This document shows, one piece after another, positions 25,640 through 36,130 of a stretch of 63,880 nucleotides of DNA. The notes beneath the pieces were generated by a model. It worked only from the letters and a program-made list of their open reading frames with translations, did not search any database and had not been told where the DNA came from. How positions within the stretch are numbered: position 1 is the stretch's first letter; each line of letters begins with the position of its first letter. This DNA comes from Ginglymostoma cirratum (taxonomy: Eukaryota), in contig JAHRHZ010000024.1 in the NCBI GenBank assembly GCA_024137785.1, positions 10,938,846 to 11,002,725 on the forward strand. Direction: 5' to 3'. A program made the position numbers and the translations under genes.

Positions 25640-26039
25640 NNNNNNNNNNNNNNNNNNNNNNNNNNNNNNNNNNNNNNNNNNNNNNNNNNNNNNNNNNNNN
25701 NNNNNNNNNNNNNNNNNNNNNNNNNNNNNNNNNNNNNNNNNNNNNNNNNNNNNNNNNNNNNNNNNNNNNNNNNNNNNNNNNNNNNNNNNNNNNNNNNNNN
25801 NNNNNNNNNNNNNNNNNNNNNNNNNNNNNNNNNNNNNNNNNNNNNNNNNNNNNNNNNNNNNNNNNNNNNNNNNNNNNNNNNNNNNNNNNNNNNNNNNNNN
25901 NNNNNNNNNNNNNNNNNNNNNNNNNNNNNNNNNNNNNNNNNNNNNNNNNNNNNNNNNNNNNNNNNNNNNNNNNNNNNNNNNNNNNNNNNNNNNNNNNNNN
26001 NNNNNNNNNNNNNNNNNNNNNNNNNNNNNNNNNNNNNNN
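25640..26039. other. Assembly gap (400 N)
   Basis: Run of N inside the hairpin. Confidence 0.99.
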
Positions 26040-26050
26040 GCCTAGACCCT

Positions 26051-26078
26051 CTGATGAAGGGTCTAGGCCCGAAACGTC
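26051..26078 (+). ncRNA. Minimal type I hammerhead ribozyme core
   Basis: CTGATGA-A-GGGT(CTAG)GCCC-GAAAC-GTC. Confidence 0.7.
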
Positions 26079-27242
26079 AAGCTTTCCTGCTCCTATGATG
26101 CTGCTTGGCCTGCAGTGTTCATCCAGCCCCACAACTTGTTATCTTGGATTCTCCAGCATCTGCAGTACCTTTTATATCCAAGATACCTCTGGCTTTCTGT
26201 TACTCTGATATTTCACATTCCCCTCTCCTGCAAAGGAGAAATGTAGCATCACAGATGGATTGACAACATTTTTTCCACTATGATGGAAAGGTGCAAAATG
26301 ATAACTCTGATGACAGTGTTGGCTGCTTGGATGCAGATGTGAGGAGGTGCCTTGAAAAACACAGAATTACAAGAGGTATTGATCTAGGGATTACTGTGCA
26401 GGGCATTGCTGGAGTAGTCGATGTGTAGGACTGACACCTGAAATTGCAGTGTCAATCGCTTTGCCTGTACCCATGTGCTGATTGATTCATTTGGGTTATT
26501 GTGTCCAGGTTCAGAGAACCACACTGTTCCTCACTTCATCGGTCACTTGGCTTGGGTTAAAACAATGGTAATTTCCTCCCACTTGTGAGAAAACATGTTT
26601 CTCTGCAAACTTTTGCTTCCTACACAATGACCACCACTGAAATAGCAGAGAACTAGAGTGGGTGGGAAGGGTTTCAGGGTAGGGGCATCCATTCCCTGGT
26701 TGTTGTAACCTTGCAAACCCATCAACAAATGAATCATTGTAACCCTATCTAGGGATCATTTAAATGACAATTCTTCCATCATTTGACTGATACAAATTGT
26801 CATCATAGCTGCAGCTTTTGATTGATCAGAAAAACTGGAAGTAGATACTAATGTGATGTCTGAGTCAAATTGCTACAAATAAAAGTTGGCTTCTCTTGCA
26901 ACTGGGATCCTAACTCGCTGCCAGCTTTTACAATGGGAGCTGATAAGCTCCATTACAATCCCATCCAACTACACGCGGACACATAAACTAGTGGGTAGGA
27001 AAAAGCTAGCAACTAAAAATGCAATGATTATTTTCACACAAAAAGATCAACCCTGCAGAATGTTCAGTTGCCTACATTTAAAGTGTACCATTCACATGTC
27101 GGGGTTAGGAATTCTACATAACAGATTTGGGTTATTACATATCAGATCTGAACAAAAAAAATTACTAGATTAGACAAATGTTACTTGGTGTGAAATATCA
27201 ACACCTTCCCCACCTTGGTTCACTAAAGTCCTTTTGGGGCAT

Positions 27243-27385
27243 GTTCTGAAGAAGGGTCACTGGACCTGAAACATTAACTCTGATGTCTCTCCACAGATGC
27301 TACCACACCAGCTGAATTTTTCCAGCAATTTCTGTTTTTGTTTTAGTTTTTGACATCCAATACCTGCAGTTCTTTTGGATTTTTG
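27243..27385 (+). mobile_element. Penelope terminal fragment (hammerhead motif, arm, tail), older subfamily
   Basis: CTGAAGAAGGGTCACTGGACCTGAAACATTAACTCTG from 27246, then arm and tail sequence as in 23519-23654. Confidence 0.7.
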
Positions 27386-27530
27386 CTATCCTAATTGGGT
27401 CTGGCCTACATGCGACCCCAGACCCACAGCAATGTGTTGACTCAAAACTGTCCTTTGGGGCAATTAGAGATGAACAATACAGCTGGCTTAGCCAGTGATG
27501 CCCATATCCCATGCATAATTTTTAAAAAAT
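27386..27530 (+). mobile_element. 3' part of the tRNA-derived SINE
   Basis: GGTCTGGCCTACATGCGACCCCAGACCCACAGCAATGTG...GGCAATTAGAGATG...GCCCATATCCCATG. Confidence 0.75.
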
Positions 27531-27646
27531 ATATAGGATGTATTATCCTAGGGTTCCTAGGATAATGTGAAATACCAGCATGCAACTAATACAGTGTGAC
27601 GCCTATTAATTGCACACTGCAGCCCTGACTAATTTCTGCATCAGCC

Positions 27647-28095
27647 TTAGAGTTATAGAGTTATACAGCATGGAAACTGACCCTTCAGTCTAACCAGTCC
27701 ATGCCAACCATGCTCCCAAACTATACTAGTCCCACCTGGTTGCCATATCTTTCCAAATCTTGAACATTGTAACATTGCCTGCATCTTTCATTTCCTCTGA
27801 CAGTTCATTCCACACACCAACCAGTCTCTGTGTAAAAAAGATCCCCTTCATGTCCTCTCTAAAGATTTCTCTTTTCACCTTAAAAATATGACCCTCTCTT
27901 TTAAATTCCGCCACTTTAGAGAAAAAAAAACTTTGCTATTCACCTTATCTATGTCCCTCATGATTTTATAAACCTCAATAAGATCACGCCTCAACCTCCA
28001 ATGCTCCAGCAAAAAACAGCCTCAGCCTATCCAGTCCATTTTTATATCTCAAACCCTCCATAACTGGCAACATCCTGGTAATTTTTTTCTGAATT
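27647..28095 (-). mobile_element. CR1 LINE 3' end
   Basis: ORF 27726..27914(-) GHIFKVKREIFREDMKGIFFTQRLVGVWNEL; tail TAGAGTTATAGAGTTA. Confidence 0.85.
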
Positions 28096-29538
28096 CTAGT
28101 GATCGACTCAAATGACTAATTGGTCGAAAATGTAATAGAATCATTTCTAAACTGCATTTTGCTATCATCTCAAATCATATCTCTGTAACTGTCGAAATCC
28201 CAATGAAAGAACAATTTTCTTGGCAGTCACGCATGTGGTGAGTTTGTTACCTGTTAAAGTAGCTCTTGATGCTTAAATCTCTTCAGTGTTAAGTTGACAA
28301 CACTGGCTGGGAGTCTAGTCACTTTTGTAGCAAGCTGGTAGTGCCTTGGCAGGAAGCTGCGAGAATCATCAGCAGAGAGCTCGTCAAAACTTCAAGCATG
28401 AGAGGGTTGCTGCAGCAGTTCCCACATGCAGAATAATTTAAAAGCATAAATGTGGCATTATAGGTTTTACAGCTGTAGAGAATCCAATTATGCCCTGGTT
28501 TGGAAATTGTTGATTGATAGTTCTATTTGATGTTTAATAATGATTGCAGTTTCCCTGATTTAAAACAGAAATGCAGATTTTTGTGTCATTACAATGAGTC
28601 AAATAGGAAAAAAAAATTGTTTGCTTTATTTTTCTCCAAAAAAAGTTAGAAATTGACATTTAGTTTGGTTTTGATCCTGTTTATGCTTAATATTTTGCAA
28701 CATGGCATGATGTCTCATGCCCATCTGTTCATGGTACAAAGCACAAATCAGATTCAAGTGACACCAACTGGTTGACCAGTAACTTCCACATCTACAAAAT
28801 CCTCCCAGGGATGTTCATCCACAAACACTTATGGAGATTGGAACTCATTTAGTTTAAATAAATAAGAGGTCTGGCAGAACAGTACAAAAGAGGACATCAG
28901 TTTAAAGGTTAATTCCATGCAGTACGACTTTGAATGATAATGCTTCACAGCGCATAGCATGTGTAATTTGCAGGCAAGGAGCTCTGGCAGGAATGTTGCC
29001 AGATGAAGACTGACATGAAAGAATCAGGTGGGAACATGTGGAAGGTCAGTACTGGTGGGATTGTAAGGAAGAAATGAACATGAAGGTCTGGGTGTTAACT
29101 GGATTACTAGACTGAGCCTACTACTTACTCTATGAAGCATGGCCTGTGTTGCTTTCCATCCTTGCCTGAATTGCAAATGTACAATGGAAATGAAAATTGG
29201 CTGTGAACTCACACAAACTTGGTGAAGTGAGTGTTGTTTTTTATCTGTCTGAGCATACATGTGAGCAAGACAATTAAGGGGTAATTACATTAATCAGGCA
29301 CTTTCACAATAGAAGTTTAATACAACTGTAATCGAGGTACCCTGCATGTGAAATGAGTGTAGTGTTCAACAATGAATGTTACAAATCCTGGTTGAAAGCA
29401 ATCTTCACCTTGTAACTGGTCATTATCATTGAGCACAGTGATCTCTGTGAAGCAGAAGCCATCACCGGTGACTTTAAAACTGACATCTAGAAGCCACAAT
29501 TCACAAAATCAAGTCAATCCAAGATATAAGTATGTTGA

Positions 29539-31092
29539 GATAACAAGATGCAGAGCTGGATGAGCACAGCAGGCCAAGCAGCATCAGAGGAGCAGGAAAG
29601 CTGATGTTTCGGGTCTAGACCATTCCTCAGAAATGGGGGAGTGGAAGGGGATTCTGAAATAAATAGGGAGGGGGGGAGGCAGATAGAAGATGGATAGAGG
29701 AGAAGATAGGTGGAGAGGAGACAGACAGATCAAAGAGGCGGAGATGGAGCCAGTAAAGGTGAGTGTAGGTGGGGAGTTAGGGATGGGATAGGTCAGTCCA
29801 GGGAGGACAGACAGGTCAAGGAGGTGGGATGAGGCTGGTAAGTAGGAGATGGAGGTGGGGCATGAGGTGGGAGGAGTGGATAGGTGGGAGGAAAGACAGG
29901 TTAGGGAGGTGGGGAACGAGGTGGGCTGGTTTTGGGTTGTCCTCGTTTTTCAAGGACCGCAACTTCCCCTCCACAAGGGTTGAAAATGCCCTCGACCGTG
30001 TCTCTCACATTTCCCGCAACTCATCCCCCACACCCCATCCCCGCAATAACAACCAAAACAGAATGCCCCTATTCCTCACATCCCACCCCACCAACCTCCG
30101 GATCCAACGCATCATCCTCCGACACTTCCACCATCTGCTACCTGACCCCACTACCAAAGTCATTTTTCCTTCCCCACCGTTATCTGCTTTCCAGAGGGAC
30201 CACTCTCTCTGTCATTCCCTTGTTCGCTCCACACCCCCCTCCAGTCCCACCACCCCGGCACTTTTCCCTGCAACTGCAGAAAGTGCTACACCTGCCCCTA
30301 CACCTCCCCCCTCACCCCCATTCCAGGCCCTAAGAAGACCTTCCACATCAAACAGATGTTCACCTGCACATCTGCTAATGAGGTAGACTGTATCCGCTGT
30401 TTCCGATGTGGCTTCCTCTTTATCGGGGAAACCAAGCGGAGGCTCGGTCTGCAACAAATAACTGCACCCCCCAGTCGCGAATCGTTTCAACTCCCCTGTC
30501 CACTCCTTGGATGATGTCCATCCTGGGCCTCCTGCAGTGCCACAACGATGCCACCCAAAGGTTGCAGGAACAGCACCTCATATTTTGCATGGGAACCCTG
30601 CAGCCTAATGGTATCAATGTGGACTTCACAAGCTTCAAAATCTCCCCTCCCCAACCACATCCCAAAACCAGCCCAGCTCGTCTCCGCCTCCCTAACCTGT
30701 CCTTTCTCCCACCTATCCACTCCTCCCACCTCAAGCCCCACCCCCATCTCCGACCTACCATCCTCATCCCGCTTCCTTGACCTTTCCATCCTCCCTGGAC
30801 TGATCTATCCCCTCCCTAACTCCCCAACTACACTCACCTTTAGTGTCTCCATCCCCGCCTCATTGATCTGTCTGTCTCCCCTCCACCTATCTTCTCCTTT
30901 ATCCATCTTCTATCCACCTCCCCCTCTCTCCCTATTTATTTCAGAATCCCTTTCCCCTCCCCCATTTCTGAAGAAGGGTCTAGACCCGAAACGTCAGCTT
31001 TCCTGCTCCTCTAATGCTGCTTGGTCTGCTGTGTTCATCCAGCTCTACACCTTGTTATCTCAGAATCTCCAGCTTCAGCAGTTCCCACTTTC
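29539..31092 (+). mobile_element. 5'-truncated Penelope-like retroelement with inverted ~400-bp terminal repeats and GIY-YIG endonuclease remnant
   Basis: 29539-29936 is the reverse complement of 30661-31060. Internal broken frames read PLFLTSHP (RT thumb), FPCNCRKCYTCP (Cys linker), VDCIRCFRCG..FIGETKRRL (GIY-YIG) and EQHLIFCMGTLQPNGIN. Imperfect 14-bp TSD at 29525-29538 / 31093-31106. Confidence 0.92.
30968..30995 (+). ncRNA. Minimal type I hammerhead ribozyme core in PLE terminal repeat
   Basis: CTGAAGA-A-GGGT(CTAG)ACCC-GAAAC-GTC; a decayed inverted partner lies at 29603-29630(-). Confidence 0.7.
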
Positions 31093-32722
31093 TATAAATA
31101 TGCTGATCTTCTCACAGCTAGCACTGTATTTACTGCAAAGCTTTTGTTTGCAATGCGACGAGCTGGGGATGGATGGGCAAGTCTGCCCTCTTATAACCTC
31201 CTACTGTTGATGTGCAACATGGCTTGTGGTATGTACTTTGAAATAAGGTCTGCTATGTTAATGATCCATTTGCCAAACAATCTTTTCACACACAGCATGA
31301 ACAGTTCTTTCCTTTTACATTGGTACGTTTGTGAATTCAGGCTAGAGAAAGCCACAAAGTTTTAAGAAAATATATGTTTTCTTCAGTAATACTCAAATTC
31401 TGTATCACCATGTGACTAGATGTATTTTTAAAAGAAAATGATGTTAGTTTCTGTTGAAGTTAATTGGGCAAATTAGAAACTGTTGATTACCATCATTGCA
31501 AAAAATCAAATCTACTCCTTGTTAACATCAAAGGCATTGAATATAATGAGAAGTTTGATCACAACGATGGAACTTGTATCAAGTTAAACCAGTCAAGTTC
31601 CATTGACTTAATGGATGTATTCCTTCAATAGCCACTGATAACAGAACCTCACATTTGTTTTGCAGGGGCATAAATCTGTTGAAAATTGCAGTTTATGTGC
31701 AAATACTTACAGGTCATGACTAATACTCTCCATTTGGACAGAAAATATGAGACTAAATTTTCGAAGAATTGGCTTATCGTCAATTTTTGAGAGTCTCATG
31801 GAGGATTTCTGTCTATGAGCCCTAACATGTCTCCTCACATCATGTTACGCTGCTCCACCATTACTACTGGAGTCTTCATCACTGCCAGGAACCTTTAGGA
31901 TCTCTGCTGCAAGTGACATATTTAAAGCCTACTTGTGTGTCAGATGCAAATGCTGTCAGCAGGAGCTGCACCTCAAAGTTGCAGTGGCAGGAGAACTGTC
32001 CTGGAGGTGGCTGGTAGAGACAAGTTGGCGATTTGCATTACCCCATTGAAGCCAACACTGTTAATGAGCCCGCTGCAGCATCCATCGCCCTTCCAAGCTC
32101 CATTGTCCCCAAGCCCTAAATTATGAGTTGCCCCCTTTCGCAGTTATAAGCTGGTCTACATCCCAGCTTGCTGCCTCCAATCCATACAATTAATTTCCCC
32201 AACATTCACAACATTCCACTCACAAAACTGATCCTTGATACCCACCCCTTGACTTTCAATAAACGGAAACCCTGGGCTGAATGAAGCTCATTCTTCAGTT
32301 CAACTTGGAAAGACTGATGAGTGACCAGACCCCTAACAGATCCATGTGAAGCTCCCTGAATGATTTACTGCTAATCCTCGGTCTGCTTGAACTGCACTTC
32401 AGAATCTTTGACTTCCACCTCACTGTAGAGAAAAGGACATCTTGACCATGATGCCCCAAGTGGCCAGATGGCTATGTTTAAGACCCTGGACTGAGATTTG
32501 ATGATTTTCTTAACACACTGTGGCCATTCTGCCTGAATGAAGACAGTCCTCATAGACTTGACTGAGGACTATTCCCATTTGACTTTTACATTTTGGCTTT
32601 TGGTCGAAGCATATGCCACATAAGCTGCTGAAAAATGCTGCGGGTAAGACATTGATGGAGCTCATTGCAGTGCAGCAGCATGTCTACCTCCTTGACTAAA
32701 CACTGCTGACAATCATGACAAG

Positions 32723-32930
32723 AGATAGTAGGAACTGCCGATGCTGGAGTCCGAGATAACAAGGTGTAGAGCTGGATGAACACAGCAGGCCAGGCAGCAT
32801 CAGAGGAGCAGGAAAGCTGATGTTTCGGGTCTGGACCCTTCGCCAGAAATCAGACACAGAAACGTCAGCTTTCCTATTCCTCTGATGCTGCTTGGCCTGC
32901 TGTGTTCATCCAGCTCTACACCTTGTTATC
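32723..32930. mobile_element. Penelope-derived fold-back mini-element with 16-bp TSD
   Basis: Arms 32755-32826 and about 32859-32930 are inverted; 32-nt tail on the left; TGACAATCATGACAAG (32707-32722) vs TGACAATCATAGCAAG (32931-32946). Confidence 0.88.
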
Positions 32931-35091
32931 TGACAATCATAGCAAGTTGCCTGGCTTCGTGTTTGCACTAAAATGCAAGAATGACTGTGAACTTTTAAGG
33001 CAAGGTAAGGTAAAGCATGTCAGAAATGCTGTGAACATTGGAATCTGTGCAAAGTAAGTGAGCGCTTAGAGATCAGGCCAGGAGCCCTGAGCTGAATCGC
33101 TGTCAAATCCACAAGGTGTGTCCCTGCCCCTCAGCCTGACCTGGCAGCAGCATTATATTAAAAGGTGCCAGTGTGTGCCAAAGCCCAGGATAAGTAAGTC
33201 AGAGACGTGCCATTTGGTGAGGCTAGTGCTTGTCTGATGTCAATCTCCATGGATGGGCATGTGCAATTGGTTGCTCCCCACAGAGTAAAAACCTAAGATA
33301 TGGAGGGCTGCTGTCCAACACGGAGGCCAGAGGGGTAAATGGTGAGTTGGGGCCTCCAGGTACATTTATGTTGCAAATTGATGACGTTTTGCTTCTCTCC
33401 AGCCCATGAAAGAACAGGAACCTGCAAACAAAGATTAGGTACTAACAAGCATGAGGCATGATTAGGCACTAATGAGACACAATTTCTTCCAAATAGGTCT
33501 TTCACTTTTCACCAGCAAGATCCTATTCTCTCCATTCAAACTTCGGTTGGAAAATTGCATTTTTGCTTTTCAATGCAAGAATCTAATTTTTCCAAACCAG
33601 CCAAATTTTAAACTGACCCACCATTGACCATGTTGGTCAGGGGCTGGGAAAAATCCTCCCATACATTCTGCAGCGTGCTTTAGAAAATTTAGATTCTTGC
33701 TGATCCTATAACCATTGCAGATATTAGCCCAAAATCTTTCAAAATTGAAACTTAACTTGTGAGAGTACCTGCTGGAAGTCCTGTGGCACACAAATGCACT
33801 GACATTGTCTGCAAAGTTTAAAGTTTCCAATTGGCATTTTCCACTGCGAGGGACCCTGTGTAGAAGTTTCCAATCCAGACCTCTGTGCCTTTGGTCAGAA
33901 ATGTGGGAACTGGCTGTTCATCTAACCAGGAAATAACATACTTGTTAATGATGATCACCCCTATGTTAACCCACAATATTATCTACTCCAACCCAAAAGT
34001 TCAAAAACACACCCCTCTGCCAACCTGACTCAATTCTTTGTCTTACTACTGTCCCTCCACTGACCCGACCATGTCTTTTTATTTTTCTGCACTTTTGAAT
34101 ATGGATTGAAATGAGAAAAAGATTAAAAATTGTCAAAGAATGATTGCAGTTTTTAGAAACAAGTTACCTGACACTCATTGTAAATATTGTTCACACAGTT
34201 CTTGGTTCAAGCAATAGTGCCAGATGAGCTGGTACCAGGGGGATTGGGTACAAATGGGGATTTAGCCAGTAATAAGTAGCTGATCAGTCTGTGAAACGGT
34301 TACTAGTTTTCAATGACAAAGGCTCCAGCTGGCCAACAACAATGTGATTGCCCTCCCCTCCAGGGAGTTTTAACTGCTTTTGGGTGTGAATGTTTGAATC
34401 AGAAGCCATCAGATCTCTGGAAGGGAAGGAGCAGCTTTTGTTCTGTAGTAAAGTAGTATTGCAAAGTGGCCTCAGGATCTGGGAATCTCTCTCCCCTCTG
34501 TTTCACTTCTCCCATGCTTTCCAAGCTCTCCCCCAACCTGGTTCTCTCTCAAGTCCTGACACAATCCCCAAAACCCCAATCCTCCTCCTTCCTTCCAGGT
34601 TCTCCCTATCTTCCCCAACCTCCCCACCCCGTCCATGAATTTCCAGATTTCTCCCACCTCGGTTCCAATCACAATCACCTCCCCATCTTGATTCCTCACT
34701 CCTCTGAGCTACTTCCATTTGAAACCTGCTCACAAACAATTTAAAGCAGGGCACAGGATGCATGCATTGGTGTTAGCAAACACTGCCTTCCCTCCACCCA
34801 TTAGTCCCTTTTTCTGTGTCTGTTGGTATGTGTCTGTAGAGGGGGTGGTGAGGCTGCTTATAAATGGGTTAGAGCTTTAACTCACACTGTTATATGTGGA
34901 CAGTTTATGAGTGTTTATCTCTAGTTAAAATCTGTTCATTTGTAATAAATAGTAATTCATTTTAAGTAGAGAATTATGGTTCATGATTTCTGCAAACATA
35001 ATTCTAAAAGACTGGCAAATTGAGGAATTCTGAGTACTATTTAAAATCTTCAACTTTTGTGATGGCCCTGGGAATAGTGAGGTTTTTTTTT

Positions 35092-36130
35092 CCTTTATTC
35101 ATTAACAGGATAAGGGCTAGGCAGCATTTATTGTCCATCCCTAATTATCCAGAGGGCAGTTCAGAGTCAACCACATTGCTGTGGGTCTGGAGTCACATGT
35201 AGGCCAGACCAGGTGTTAGGTTCGTTTTCGGAGACCCTCACGGAGTTGATGCAATAACAAGACACTGACCTGTTTAGAAAAACACAAATCCTTTATTACA
35301 AAGCAAGTACAAGCCGTGGAGGATCATTGTACTCAACCCGGCACAGAATGCAGAGTCTCGTAAGTGATTCTCCCTGAGCAGCGGATAGTCCCCGCTTTTT
35401 ATACCTTATCAAGTGCATAGTACATAAAGCAATTTTACATCTCACAATGGCATGTTACATGAAACTATCACTACATCGGACAATGACATGATACAAAAAC
35501 AATTACTACATCGAAAACATAAAGAGAGCAGGATACAGTATCGATCGTTCGCGAAGTGACTGCTAACAGCAGGAGGCGATTTCAAGTTGCAGAAGTGACA
35601 AAATGTAATTTCAAGCCGCCGAAGTGTCTGGCTTGAACAAAAGTCAGTGCCCTGGCCCCTTTGGCAGAAACAAAAGTTACATACTTTACAGGATTTCAGA
35701 AGTCTCACACCTTTACAAACTCTTCCCACCTAATCTTATTTGAGACAGTTTCCACATACCCCTGTGCAGGAAGATAAAGATTTACAAAATTTATACCTAA
35801 TTCTAGTCAGGCAGGAAGTTTTAGGGCAGTGCCTGCATACCTCTGTGTAAGCAGATAAAGAGCATTAAATTATAGAGAATATAGAAATCAATGGGATGTT
35901 ATCCCAATAACATCTCACAGGTAAGGATGGCAGTTTCCTTGCCTAAAGGACATTGGTGAACCAGATGGGTTTTTCCCAAAAATCAACTGTCATCATTAGA
36001 CTCTTAATTCCAAATATTTATTGAACTTGAGCTCCATCCTCAGCTCTGGCAGGATTTGAACCCAGGTCCCCAGAACGTATGCCTGAATTAACAGTCCAGT
36101 GATAATACTGCTAGGCCATTGCCTCTCCCT
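35092..36130 (-). mobile_element. tRNA-derived SINE split by a solo LTR
   Basis: 35092-35213 and 35918-36130 join to give the same SINE as 9728-10082 (...GGCCAGACCAGG|TAAGGATGGCAG...). Confidence 0.9.
35214..35917 (-). mobile_element. 704-bp solo LTR (ERV- or Gypsy-type)
   Basis: TG...CA ends; exact CAGG TSD (35210-35213, 35918-35921); minus-strand TATAAAAA (35396-35403) and AATAAA (35292-35297) in U3-R-U5 order. Confidence 0.88.

Larger units (their letters stand above)
25553..26180. mobile_element. Young Penelope-derived fold-back mini-element with 15-bp TSD
   Basis: Arm 25553-25639 is the near-perfect reverse complement of 26058-26144; 36-nt tail at 26145-26180; AGATACCTCTGGCTT duplicated at 25538-25552 and 26181-26195. 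Confidence 0.9.

Noticed and set aside
25565-26132. Two 177-aa ORFs on opposite strands
   Set aside because: Artefacts of reading through the N-run between inverted arms.
30548-31210. 220-aa Pro/Ser-rich ORF and neighbouring overlapping ORFs
   Set aside because: Alternative frames of the pyrimidine-rich PLE terminal repeat.
34390-34763. Four overlapping ORFs
   Set aside because: C-rich low-complexity sequence lacking stops; no protein motif.
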